A stretch of 40,000 bases of DNA from an uncultured Lachnospiraceae bacterium (lineage in GTDB: Bacteria; Bacillota; Clostridia; Eubacteriales; Anaerofustaceae): NCBI GenBank assembly GCA_964618075.1, contig CAZTZO010000007.1:1-40000 (forward strand), in the 5' to 3' direction. The notes under the pieces were generated by a model. It did not search any database. It had not been told where the DNA came from and saw nothing but the letters and a program-made list of their open reading frames with translations. Of this stretch, positions 1 to 8,617 are shown piece by piece (positions within the stretch are counted from its first letter, which is position 1; each line of letters begins with the position of its first letter). The translations under genes were made by a program, and so were the position numbers.

Positions 1-54
1 CCCCCGACACTTCGGGTATGAACCGAATGCTCTAGCCAACTGAGCTACCCCGCC
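1..54 (-). tRNA. tRNA-Met (CAT), 3' part truncated by window edge
   Basis: Reverse complement GGCGGGGTAGCTCAGTTGGCTAGAGCATTCGGTTCATACCCGAAGTGTCGGGGG has T8, A14, the GG of the D-loop, anticodon stem TTCGG/CCGAA and anticodon CAT. Confidence 0.9.
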
Positions 55-248
55 ATATAAAGTTGCTTGATTATTTTATACTACACAGCAAATAAAGTCA
101 AGCAATAAAAGGAAGAAAATACAGCGCTTGTTTGGTGATTGGGATTTTTAAAAAATAAGAATAATAATTTAACTCGGAATGAAAATATTAAGTATAAACA
201 TTATGTTGATAATAGTATTATCCTTACTAATGCAATACAATACTTAAC

Positions 249-1334
249 TTAGCACTTTATTCGGTCAAGTAGTTTTCTGCTTATAGTGTGACATGGTTTT
301 TCAATAATAACACATGAAAGTATCGCCAATAAAGCTGTTAGGACAGCAGTAATCAATGTATAAACGGAAGAATTGATTGGAATAGCAAAATGTTGAGCTA
401 ACCACACACATACTTCTTGCACAAAAAAACCATATAAATACAAACCGTAAGATATCTCATATTTTCTACCGATGCGCCCAAGAAAGTCGCTACTGGTAAA
501 TGCCAATTAAAGAATGAAATATGGCAAAATAAAATACAACAAAATGTGCATAACGATATAGTTAAATGAAAAACAACTAAGTAGAAAACCTAATACCACT
601 GAAACAGGCAGACTAAGATAATTTTCTATTTTAATCATTGCTAACGAGCTACCAATGAAATAAAAAGGAACAATGTGTAGCGCTTGTATCCAATCTGTAC
701 CATAAAAAACCAGTCTATTCAATGGATATAATTGGGTCATAACGATATCTCCTACACAGACTAAAACAGTAATTGCAATAAATACCCCCACTGATTTTTT
801 AGAACGACTTCTTATACGACAGATGTTTATTAATATAGGTAATAAAATATACATCAACACCTCAACTGGCAATGTCCACAATGATCCATTGATGACATTC
901 GGATAGGGTGTGCTTGCAAAGCATCCCGGGAGTTGGTACCTAACGTACAACACGAGATTTTCTAAATATTTCAATGCACCCGAAGAGAAATACTCTTTGA
1001 AAGAAAGCTGCGTGATAAGTGGTCCCACTATAAATGTTGCCAAAATAACAAATACTGCCAATGGAGGCCATATACGAAAGAAACGTTTAATAGCATAACG
1101 GTATGGATTGGAATCTAACAACCAACTCTGAGTAATCAAATAACCGCCCAGAATAAAAAATATATATACTCCAATTGCTTGAATACCATGCTCCCATAAC
1201 TTTGGTGCGGTAGTACCTGCAATATATGACATATGACCTGCTATAACCATAAAAGCAGCTACCAAACGAATAGAAGAAATATTATTGTTTCTGTTTGTAG
1301 AATTGCTTAATTCCTTAACATTAATCTCATTCAT
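249..1334 (-). pseudogene. Acyltransferase 3 family (OafA/YrhL-like) membrane O-acyltransferase, interrupted by an in-frame TAA at 507-509
   Basis: ORFs 507..1334 (SSIRLVAAFMVIAGH, GGYLITQSW, NGSLWTLPVEVLMYILLP) and 249..506 (RKYEISYGLYLYGFFVQ) are in the same frame, separated only by TAA then TTG. Together they form one typical acyltransferase. Confidence 0.8.
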
Positions 1335-2449
1335 TTAGAAAACCATCTATAAATTGTTCTGCAGATAATATAGAGAAATGAATGGTTCTGTAATGTACGC
1401 TTAAAAATCTCTATTAACATATCCCGTCGTCCAAAATAACTCAAGTTCACTTCTTTTTCGATACAATCGGTGTGAGTAGCATATATTTGTAATTTATCTT
1501 TTTCAAGTAATATTGGGACGTCTACAAATTTATCAGTAATGATCTCATAATTTGCTCTCCATTCTGCTTGGCTATGTACTGTTAAAGACGATTCAGCGTT
1601 AATCCATAAACGATAAATGCATGTCCCAATGGTAATATCTTCAACTCCGCACATAAATGCTACTCGCATAAGATAGTCCCAGTCTTCCGTGGTAGTTAAT
1701 TTTTCATCAAATAAGAATCCGTACTTAATAAAAGCTTCTGACGGAAACGCTAAACCAATAAGAGGACATTTATTTAAGGATAATTGAGATGCAATATCAA
1801 ATGGAGCGCAGAACAAGTCTTCAGGGCGTTCCTCGGCACGTAATGCTGTTTCATTAGTATGAGGATTAATTATTTGACTCCATTTTTGTGAAAATGCAAA
1901 TGCGTGCAATACTTTACCCATTGAATCATGTGCTTTGTTTCTAAAAGCTTCTATCCAATTCCCAAAAACGAGATCATCATCATCCAATATTATTACATAT
2001 TTACCACGTGCATGTGCAAAACCAAAATTCAGCGGCGTAGTTCGCGTTCCGTGGTCTAATAAATAAAAACGAATTTTAGAACGAAAATCATTCGGTTGTT
2101 CATCTATTATTTGATCTACTAATTTCTTTTGTTCCGATTGTAGTATATGACCAATCAATATTACTTCAAAATCTTGGCATGTCTGAGCGTAAAGGCATAA
2201 CAACGTTTCACGTAATGATTCCGGGCGACGCCCTTGTGTACGTGTTATTATTGTGGCAAACGGTCGTTTGTCTGTAGATAGTTCCTCTTCTACAATGGGT
2301 TGATATTCCATTTTTAAAGGATTTTTTTGATTTGATTCCAATGTATTCGCAAGCCAAAGTAAATACTTACCAGAACATGTATTTCTATTTAAATAATTTG
2401 ACAATGTATGTAATTCTGTTATAGCTGAAACCATTGACTGATCTTTCAT
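1331..2449 (-). CDS. Glycosyltransferase family 2-like protein
   Basis: FATIITRTQGRRPESLRETLLCLYAQTCQDFEVILIGH and GKYVIILDDDDLVFGNW (acidic DXD-type motif). Start set at MKDQSMV after an AGGAGC RBS; the track ORF extends to 2521. Confidence 0.8.
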   Translation of the reverse strand: MKDQSMVSAITELHTLSNYLNRNTCSGKYLLWLANTLESNQKNPLKMEYQPIVEEELSTDKRPFATIITRTQGRRPESLRETLLCLYAQTCQDFEVILIGHILQSEQKKLVDQIIDEQPNDFRSKIRFYLLDHGTRTTPLNFGFAHARGKYVIILDDDDLVFGNWIEAFRNKAHDSMGKVLHAFAFSQKWSQIINPHTNETALRAEERPEDLFCAPFDIASQLSLNKCPLIGLAFPSEAFIKYGFLFDEKLTTTEDWDYLMRVAFMCGVEDITIGTCIYRLWINAESSLTVHSQAEWRANYEIITDKFVDVPILLEKDKLQIYATHTDCIEKEVNLSYFGRRDMLIEIFKRTLQNHSFLYIICRTIYRWFSK

Positions 2450-2471
2450 GTTTATGCTCCTATCATCCTTC

Positions 2472-3398
2472 TTATAAAACAAAACGATTTTCTGTGTAAT
2501 AATTACCCACAAATCTAGCAACCTTATGTGTAGGATCTATCGGTTCTGGTAATATTCCCTCATATTTACGACGAATGAATTCTTGCGCAGCTCGTCTTTC
2601 GTATGCGATAGATTTGTCGCTTTTATAGCAGTTGAGGAGCATATTGACACGTTCTGGATTCGACCACTTATATGCCAACATCAAACTAGCTAAAGCAGAA
2701 TAGTATATCTCTGACTCACTTGGTTGCCATGAGCCATCCACTCCCAATGTTTTATCATGGAAAACCGGTGCAAACGGCTGATAAAATATTTTATAACCTA
2801 ACAATCTCATCCGCCATGAAAAATCAAGATCATCACAATAAAGGAAAAACGTTTGTGCATCAAAACCATTAAGTCGATTAAATATATCTCTCCTGATAAC
2901 TGCGCATGCAGTTGTAGCCCATTCTGTTTCAAAAGATTTTTTATCATATTCTTTTTGATGTTCGATGGGTGTTTGACGTGCCTCTACCATTCCAATCAGT
3001 TTATTCATTTTAAATGGTAATAATGCATAATAAAAATAGTGTGGTGAAAGTATGATATCCGGATTTAAAATTAACATATAGGGGAAATCTGTTTCGTTTG
3101 CAATTAAATTATTACCTTTTGCCGAACCGGTATTCGTATTAAAATAATGATATTTTAACTCTATACGCTCGTGCAGTTTCCCACGAAGCTCTGCCAATTC
3201 AACCTCACTGAAAGTTGCTTTTTTGCTTGCATCGCCGTAGACGACAACCAAACGAAGAAACTGTCCATATTCATTTTCTGCAACCCGTACTGCATTTGAT
3301 ATCGATTCAAGTGAACGTACCAAGCTACTTTTCTCATTATTAAAAATGACTGACTGTATTTGTATATTCACATCATAACTTTTTCTTTCTTGTTCCAT
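2472..3398 (-). CDS. Glycosyltransferase family 2-like (rhamnosyltransferase-like)
   Basis: NTNTGSAKGNNLIA, LILNPDIILSP, AVIRRDIFNRLNGFDAQTFFLYCDDLDFSWRMRLLGYKIFYQP. RBS AAGGAAAAGG upstream. Confidence 0.8.
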   Translation of the reverse strand: MEQERKSYDVNIQIQSVIFNNEKSSLVRSLESISNAVRVAENEYGQFLRLVVVYGDASKKATFSEVELAELRGKLHERIELKYHYFNTNTGSAKGNNLIANETDFPYMLILNPDIILSPHYFYYALLPFKMNKLIGMVEARQTPIEHQKEYDKKSFETEWATTACAVIRRDIFNRLNGFDAQTFFLYCDDLDFSWRMRLLGYKIFYQPFAPVFHDKTLGVDGSWQPSESEIYYSALASLMLAYKWSNPERVNMLLNCYKSDKSIAYERRAAQEFIRRKYEGILPEPIDPTHKVARFVGNYYTENRFVL

Positions 3399-3451
3399 AA
3401 AACCTTTTCCTTTTGCATATTTTTTTATTTTATATATTTAAAACGACATTT

Positions 3452-4396
3452 TTATATATGCTGATCAGACAGCTTATTTTCAAGTTTCGTTATATAGGCA
3501 TGTGCTTCGCTGCGTTCTCTTTCAAGCTTTTCTATATAGGCATGTGCTTCACTGCGTTCTTTTTCAAGCTTTTCTATATAGGCATGTGCTTCGCTGCGTT
3601 CTCTTTCAAGCTTTACTATATAGGATTGTGCTACATTATTATTTTTTTCTAAATTATGTATATATTTATCAACAGATTGCAGATATATGTCGCTAGAAGA
3701 AGCTCGTTTATCTTTCCTCTTGGATTGTATTTGACGTGCAGTAAACACAAACTGATATATTTCCCCTCGCTTGCGCTGTTGTAAGTATTGCAATACGTAT
3801 GAAGGAATCTGGTGAGTATTTGGATTCTGTTCAGTCTCACCCGTTTTAAAAAATATTTCTTCCTCATTAAAGACTTCATATCCGGCATTTTTAATCGTTG
3901 CTATGATATTGTTCCATGCAAAAAAATGTAAATGTGTATCATCCAGCAAACCTAGCTGTGTATATCGCCAATCATCTGATATAAGATTTATTATGACATC
4001 ATTATGAGCTACATTTGGAACAACAATAAATAACAAACCGTCTTGTTTAAGATGTGTTCGAATACGTATGAGAGTTTCTAAAGGGTTTCTGATATGTTCT
4101 AGAACATTAGCCACTAACACGCAATCAAACTGTTTCCCCCTATAATAATTGCACCATTCGTCTGTTTCTATATCACAGCATATTCCATCATTTGCATATG
4201 GTATTGCATACTCATAAGCTTCACGATCAATCTCAATAACAGATACAGAACATTCATTGTACTCTTTTAGAGCACGAGTCATATAACCTGTTGCACATCC
4301 AAATTCAAGCACTGATGCTCCATGTGGTATACGCCTAAGAATAATGCCATTGCATGAATTATCATCTGGCTTTATGTCGCTAAAATCGTATTTCAT
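3452..4396 (-). CDS. Class I SAM-dependent methyltransferase with C-terminal repeat coiled coil
   Basis: VLEFGCATGYMTRALKE and FDCVLVANVLEHIRNPLETL, followed by tandem AYIEKLERERSEAH units. Internal start MKYDFSD has a better RBS (GCGGAGAAAG) than the longer track ORF (to 4435). Confidence 0.82.
   Translation of the reverse strand: MKYDFSDIKPDDNSCNGIILRRIPHGASVLEFGCATGYMTRALKEYNECSVSVIEIDREAYEYAIPYANDGICCDIETDEWCNYYRGKQFDCVLVANVLEHIRNPLETLIRIRTHLKQDGLLFIVVPNVAHNDVIINLISDDWRYTQLGLLDDTHLHFFAWNNIIATIKNAGYEVFNEEEIFFKTGETEQNPNTHQIPSYVLQYLQQRKRGEIYQFVFTARQIQSKRKDKRASSSDIYLQSVDKYIHNLEKNNNVAQSYIVKLERERSEAHAYIEKLEKERSEAHAYIEKLERERSEAHAYITKLENKLSDQHI
3491..3658 (-). repeat. Tandem 42-bp repeat (3 near-perfect copies plus 1 degenerate) encoding a 14-aa coiled-coil unit
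   Basis: Copies at 3491-3532, 3533-3574, 3575-3616 (1-2 differences from copy 1) and 3617-3658 (degenerate); unit tatataggcatgtgcttcgctgcgttctctttcaagcttttc. Confidence 0.95.
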
Positions 4397-4628
4397 TCTT
4401 ACTTTCTCCGCTTTATAGCAAATTCTATACTTCATCTCAATCGTTTATCAATTAGTATTAATTAGCCTACTCAATTAATAAAGTCAATTATTTACTACAA
4501 ATAAAACAGCATAACTTTTAAATCGCCACCAAATTTTGTGATAAGATAATTATATTTCCATCACTCCAATATTGGCTATTGAAAACACACCACAATTATT
4601 GTTTCAATATTGCCTAAAGCTATTTTCC

Positions 4629-5504
4629 TTATGTGGATTTTATATTTTCTATCAATTTATCATTTTGTTGCTCAATCCATTCTCCCATTAGACTAATTAT
4701 ATTAGTATTATCTCCCCAAACTTCCGTCGAGTCGTATGCTCTGTCCGGATAAGCGCCGTAATTAAGCTTTATATTTAAACCATGCTCTTTTATAAACGAC
4801 TCAACCTGTTCAGAAAGAGAAACGGGTCTTCCTGAGCATATGTTGATTATGCCGGTTATTTTTTGTTGGCTTGAGATGACAACTATCTGTCTTGCAAGCT
4901 CTTGAACCGTAATGAAATCATATTTTTTATTTCTGCCTGTAAAGGGAAATTCGCTCTGTCCCTCCTCTGCCGCACGAAGGATCTTCGAAAATATTGAATT
5001 GGCATATGCGTCATCACCGTATATATAGTAAGCTCTCAGCCAATAAAGATTAAAGTTAAGCTCATTCGACAACAAAAGCATCGATTCTCTAAGTGCATTT
5101 TTTGATATTCCATACAGGGATAACGGATCACAGGGAGTATTCTCGTCAATCGCGCCTTCCCAATATCCGACCTCATGCATTGTCCCCATCACAGCAATAT
5201 TTTTACATCCGCCGACTGCCATGTCACACAGGAACTCATAATGCTTTGAAAGATACAGCATATGTTCACTGGAATTATGGATGAATCCATTTTTCCACTC
5301 CAAATGAATCAGCAAATCGGGAGAGCCGAATTCAAAAAAAGTATTTTTATCGCCATTAAATATATCCTCGTTAATAAAATAAGCACGTTTGTCAACGCCG
5401 TTGTTTTTCAAATCAACCGCTATAACCTCATGACCATTGTTCAATAATTCCGTTACTACATATCTTCCTATATATCCCGAAGCTCCCGTTACAAGCACTT
5501 TCAT
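4629..5504 (-). CDS. NAD-dependent epimerase/dehydratase family (extended SDR)
   Basis: N-terminal MKVLVTGASGYIGRYVVTELL (GxxGxxG) and the YGISK catalytic motif. Confidence 0.88.
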   Translation of the reverse strand: MKVLVTGASGYIGRYVVTELLNNGHEVIAVDLKNNGVDKRAYFINEDIFNGDKNTFFEFGSPDLLIHLEWKNGFIHNSSEHMLYLSKHYEFLCDMAVGGCKNIAVMGTMHEVGYWEGAIDENTPCDPLSLYGISKNALRESMLLLSNELNFNLYWLRAYYIYGDDAYANSIFSKILRAAEEGQSEFPFTGRNKKYDFITVQELARQIVVISSQQKITGIINICSGRPVSLSEQVESFIKEHGLNIKLNYGAYPDRAYDSTEVWGDNTNIISLMGEWIEQQNDKLIENIKST

Positions 5505-5721
5505 TGTTTATTCCCTTATCCTGTCTTATTTCTCTTTAAAATATTGTCTTAATGTTTAGCTCAACTACACCGCATTGCCTGCTGCGGTATTTATAAGCCA
5601 TATGCTTTGCTCTTTTTTTATGGTGTTTAATAAAAATACCAAGCTTTAATTGCCCCAAAAAAATAGCGGCTGCTAAAAGTCAATATTGCGCTCACTGCTG
5701 CTATAAGCTCTGCGCGTCATT

Positions 5722-5889
5722 TTATTTTTGTGCGGAATCTTTTTCTAAAGATCTCACGCCTGCAATAATAATATTACGTATCATTTCGGACCTGTTTTGG
5801 TCATAAAATATTTCTTTCTTTAATCTAGTCAATGTTTCTTCGATTTCCTTTGTGACCGTGAAAGTTATCTTAGTTAAGTTTTCAGCCAT
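5722..5889 (-). CDS. Small (55 aa) ribbon-helix-helix (CopG/Arc-like) protein, absent from the supplied ORF track
   Basis: My translation: MAENLTKITFTVTKEIEETLTRLKKEIFYDQNRSEMIRNIIIAGVRSLEKDSAQK. A beta strand (KITFTV) followed by two helices with an NRSEMIRNII-type turn; RBS-like AAAAGGATG upstream. Confidence 0.72.
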   Translation of the reverse strand: MAENLTKITFTVTKEIEETLTRLKKEIFYDQNRSEMIRNIIIAGVRSLEKDSAQK

Positions 5890-5919
5890 TTTTTTTACAT
5901 CCTTTTATAATTTATATAG

Positions 5920-6034
5920 TATGAACTTCTGTTTTTATGAACTATTATTGTTTATTATAGTTCATAATGTATGAACCTGTCAATACATTTAAAAAAAGTC
6001 TTGACTTTGTCTGAACTTATACATAATATGAACT
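5920..6034. promoter_or_regulatory. Divergent promoter/operator region with six TATGAACT-type octamers
   Basis: Octamers at 5920-5927(+), 5936-5943(+), 5959-5966(-), 5970-5977(+, TATGAACC), 6010-6017(+, TCTGAACT) and 6027-6034(+). Minus promoter TTGACA (5983-5978)/18 bp/TATAAT (5959-5954); plus promoter TTGACT (6001-6006)/17 bp/TAATAT (6024-6029). Confidence 0.75.
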
Positions 6035-6049
6035 AAAGGAGGCAAATAA

Positions 6050-6238
6050 ATGCCCACACAAAAACCCCGTTATACAGTTATTGTTGATGAGCAGCTGCTT
6101 AAAGAAATTGATGATTTTCGTTTTGAAAACCGTTATCCGAGCCGTTCAGCTGCAACGTTGGATTTGATCAAGCTCGGTATGAAACAGCTTGAAGAAGAGA
6201 AGAAAATAAATAATAGGTCATCTAAGAAAAACAAATAA
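6050..6238 (+). CDS. Small (62 aa) ribbon-helix-helix protein with a Lys-rich tail
   Basis: MPTQKPRYTVIVDEQLLKEIDDFRFENRYPSRSAATLDLIKLGMKQLEEEKK is a typical RHH pattern. Strong RBS AAAGGAGG 8 nt upstream. Confidence 0.8.
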   Translation: MPTQKPRYTVIVDEQLLKEIDDFRFENRYPSRSAATLDLIKLGMKQLEEEKKINNRSSKKNK

Positions 6239-6460
6239 CGTATATAAGCTTTTGTTTGCATATCTTGCTTCAATTATTAGATGTTTTGCACTAAACAAGG
6301 CTGTTTTATCATGCGCTTCGTTATGCTTTTCTTTATAAAAAAACATAACTCTAATTTGCTTTATGATTACATCAGGCTTTTTAAAAAACAAAATACTTAA
6401 TTGTTTACGTTTGTAATCAATGTAAAAAAGGCTGTTATTAGAGAAAAATATGCAGAAATA

Positions 6461-6508
6461 AAAAAAGACCGCGCTTATAAATTTGCTTAAACACGGTCGT
6501 TTGTTTTG
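6461..6508. terminator. Probable bidirectional terminator between the plus RHH gene and desulfoferrodoxin
   Basis: GACCG (6467-6471) pairs with CGGTC (6494-6498), with an A-run on the left and T-rich sequence on the right. Confidence 0.5.
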
Positions 6509-6575
6509 TTGATTTGAATTTCAAATTAAAGACAAAAGTGCCTTAATATCCATAAAAATGATTTTTTATACTTTT

Positions 6576-6953
6576 TTATAAGATGGTTTTCCAAAGACCG
6601 TGAAGGTTGCAGTAAGCATACACGGCTATGGGTTTATCGTCGATAAAAACAAATTGTGCATGAGGCTTATCCGTTGGCTTTAAAGCCTTTCTCTGTCCTC
6701 CGTGTTCTGTTTCTACGAATATCCACATAATAAAATGCTCATCACTCATCGGATGCTCGATGCTTCCGATATCAACAGTTAGCTTATCGCCGTCATAGCT
6801 TATAACAGGCAAATGCTTTTCTTTACTTGCGTCGGTAGTATTGGCTACCAGCGCCTTCATTTTTTCGCCGCAGCAAACCAAAGGTACTCCCGAAGAAGCC
6901 ACCATTCCTACAAGATTCTTGCAATGCTCACAAAGATAAAACTTCTCGCTCAT
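6576..6953 (-). CDS. dfx: Desulfoferrodoxin (superoxide reductase), two-domain type
   Basis: MSEKFYLCEHCKNLVGMVASSGVPLVCCGEKM rubredoxin-like CxxC...CC domain, then EHPMSDEHFIMWIF and CNLHGLWK. GGAGG RBS before MSEK. Confidence 0.9.
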   Translation of the reverse strand: MSEKFYLCEHCKNLVGMVASSGVPLVCCGEKMKALVANTTDASKEKHLPVISYDGDKLTVDIGSIEHPMSDEHFIMWIFVETEHGGQRKALKPTDKPHAQFVFIDDKPIAVYAYCNLHGLWKTIL

Positions 6954-7005
6954 ATTTTCCTCCGTATACATTTATTACCTTGCTTTTTAATTAAGTGTAT
7001 TTACA

Positions 7006-7037
7006 ATAAAAAAACAAAGCATCGCAAACGCTTTGTT
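7006..7037 (-). terminator. Rho-independent terminator downstream of argGH
   Basis: On the minus strand AACAAAGC-(GTTTGCGAT)-GCTTTGTT is followed by a T-run. Confidence 0.65.
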
Positions 7038-7218
7038 CTTTTTAAGCAGTAATAATACATACCTTACTTATACGCAGTCAAAATTACACTACAAAGCGCC
7101 GTTTAATTCATTTTACATCATTCAGATAAGACATTCCACTTATTTTTGAAAATAATTAATTAAAAACAGTTATCATGCTCTCTGCTTGTATTTGCGTATG
7201 TAAGAATAGCTAAGAATA

Positions 7219-8604
7219 TTACGCTTTATTTAACCCTGCAAGAAATCTGCGAGCTTCATCTATTTGTTTTTTGACGCTTTCAGGCGCAGGCCCACCCTCA
7301 ACGTTTCTTCTTTTAACACAGTTGAGTATATCAATGGCTTCATACACGTCGTCTTCAAATTTCTCGTTGAATTTTTTGTATTCACCAATCGACAGAGAAG
7401 ATAAGCTCTTTTTGTTTTTTACGCAGTAGGACACCAGCTCGCCGACAGTCCTGTAAGCGTCACGAAAGGCTTCTCCCTTTTCTACAAGATAATCCGCGCA
7501 ATCCGTAGCGTTCACAAAGCCGCTGTGAGTTGCATATTCCATATTCTCTTTATTGTAGCTTGCAGACTTTATCATAGGTATAAAAGCCGAAAGACACTTT
7601 TTTGCTGTTTCCAGAGAATCAAATATTGCTTCCTTGTCCTCCTGCATATCCTTGTTGTACGCAAGAGGCAAACCTTTCATAACCGTAAGCAAGCCCATAA
7701 GGTTGCCGTATACCCTGCCCGTTTTGGCACGTATCAGCTCAGATGCGTCGGGATTTTTCTTCTGCGGCATTATCGAAGAACCAGTACTGAAATCATCGCT
7801 CAGGGTTATAAAAGAAAACTCGCTTGATGACCACCACACTATTTCCTCGCAGAAGCGTGAGAGATGCTCCATTATCAGGGATAAATCAAAAGCAAGCTCC
7901 AATACAAAATCTCTGTCGCTCACTGCGTCCATGCTGTTCATGCTTATTTCGTTAAAGCCCAGTTCATCACACACGAAATGTCTGTCTATCGGATATGTCG
8001 TCGCAGCAAGCGCTCCCGAACCGAGAGGAAGCACCATGGTACGCTCACGGCACTGTGCAATTCTGTTTATATCTCGCATGAACATCTGCGCATAGGCCAT
8101 AAAATAATGCGCCAATGTGACCGGCTGAGCCCTTTGCAGGTGAGTGTAGCCCGGCATGACCGTATGTAAATGCTCCTGCGACATATCGCAAAGCACGCTT
8201 ACAAGAGATACCAGCTTCTCAGTAAGAAGAGTTTCTTCTTCGGACAAATACATTCGTATATCAAGGCACACCTGATCGTTTCTGCTGCGCGCGGTATGCA
8301 GTCTTTTACCCGCCTTACCTATCCTTTCGGTCAGTTTGGCTTCTATAAAGGAGTGTATATCCTCCGCATTATCGTCTATGGTTAAAGCTCCGCTTTTTAT
8401 TTGCTCGGAAATATTCTCAAGCTCATTTACGATAGCAAGACCATCCGAAGATGATATCACACCGGTTTTCGCCAGCATTTTTGCATGAGCGATGCTTCCT
8501 TTTATATCGCAAAACACCATTTTTTTGTCGTACGCTATTGAAGAATTTATTTCGCTGAGACGCTCGTTCGTATTGCCTGAAAGGCGTCCTGAATATATCT
8601 TCAT
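7219..8604 (-). CDS. argH: Argininosuccinate lyase
   Basis: Fumarase/ASL signature GSSIMPQKKNPD; HTARSRNDQVCLDIRMYL; GYTHLQRAQPVTLAHY. Confidence 0.97.
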   Translation of the reverse strand: MKIYSGRLSGNTNERLSEINSSIAYDKKMVFCDIKGSIAHAKMLAKTGVISSSDGLAIVNELENISEQIKSGALTIDDNAEDIHSFIEAKLTERIGKAGKRLHTARSRNDQVCLDIRMYLSEEETLLTEKLVSLVSVLCDMSQEHLHTVMPGYTHLQRAQPVTLAHYFMAYAQMFMRDINRIAQCRERTMVLPLGSGALAATTYPIDRHFVCDELGFNEISMNSMDAVSDRDFVLELAFDLSLIMEHLSRFCEEIVWWSSSEFSFITLSDDFSTGSSIMPQKKNPDASELIRAKTGRVYGNLMGLLTVMKGLPLAYNKDMQEDKEAIFDSLETAKKCLSAFIPMIKSASYNKENMEYATHSGFVNATDCADYLVEKGEAFRDAYRTVGELVSYCVKNKKSLSSLSIGEYKKFNEKFEDDVYEAIDILNCVKRRNVEGGPAPESVKKQIDEARRFLAGLNKA

Positions 8605-8617
8605 TTAAAACAGCCTC

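Noticed and set aside
3491-3658. CRISPR array
   Set aside because: Contiguous 42-bp repeats without unique spacers, in frame inside a coding sequence; no cas genes in the window.
3413-3696. Plus-strand ORFs with repeated YIGMCFAAFSFKLF / HVLRCVLFQAF peptides
   Set aside because: They are antisense readings of the 42-bp repeat tail of the methyltransferase; the minus frame has clear family motifs and heptad structure.
5722-6238. Classical toxin-antitoxin module
   Set aside because: Both genes look like RHH DNA-binding proteins and no toxin-like ORF (RelE/ParE/MazF/PIN) is adjacent.
7525-8385. Plus-strand ORFs 7525..7827, 7634..8095, 7978..8169, 8170..8385
   Set aside because: Antisense to strongly supported argH; no RBS or recognisable domain.
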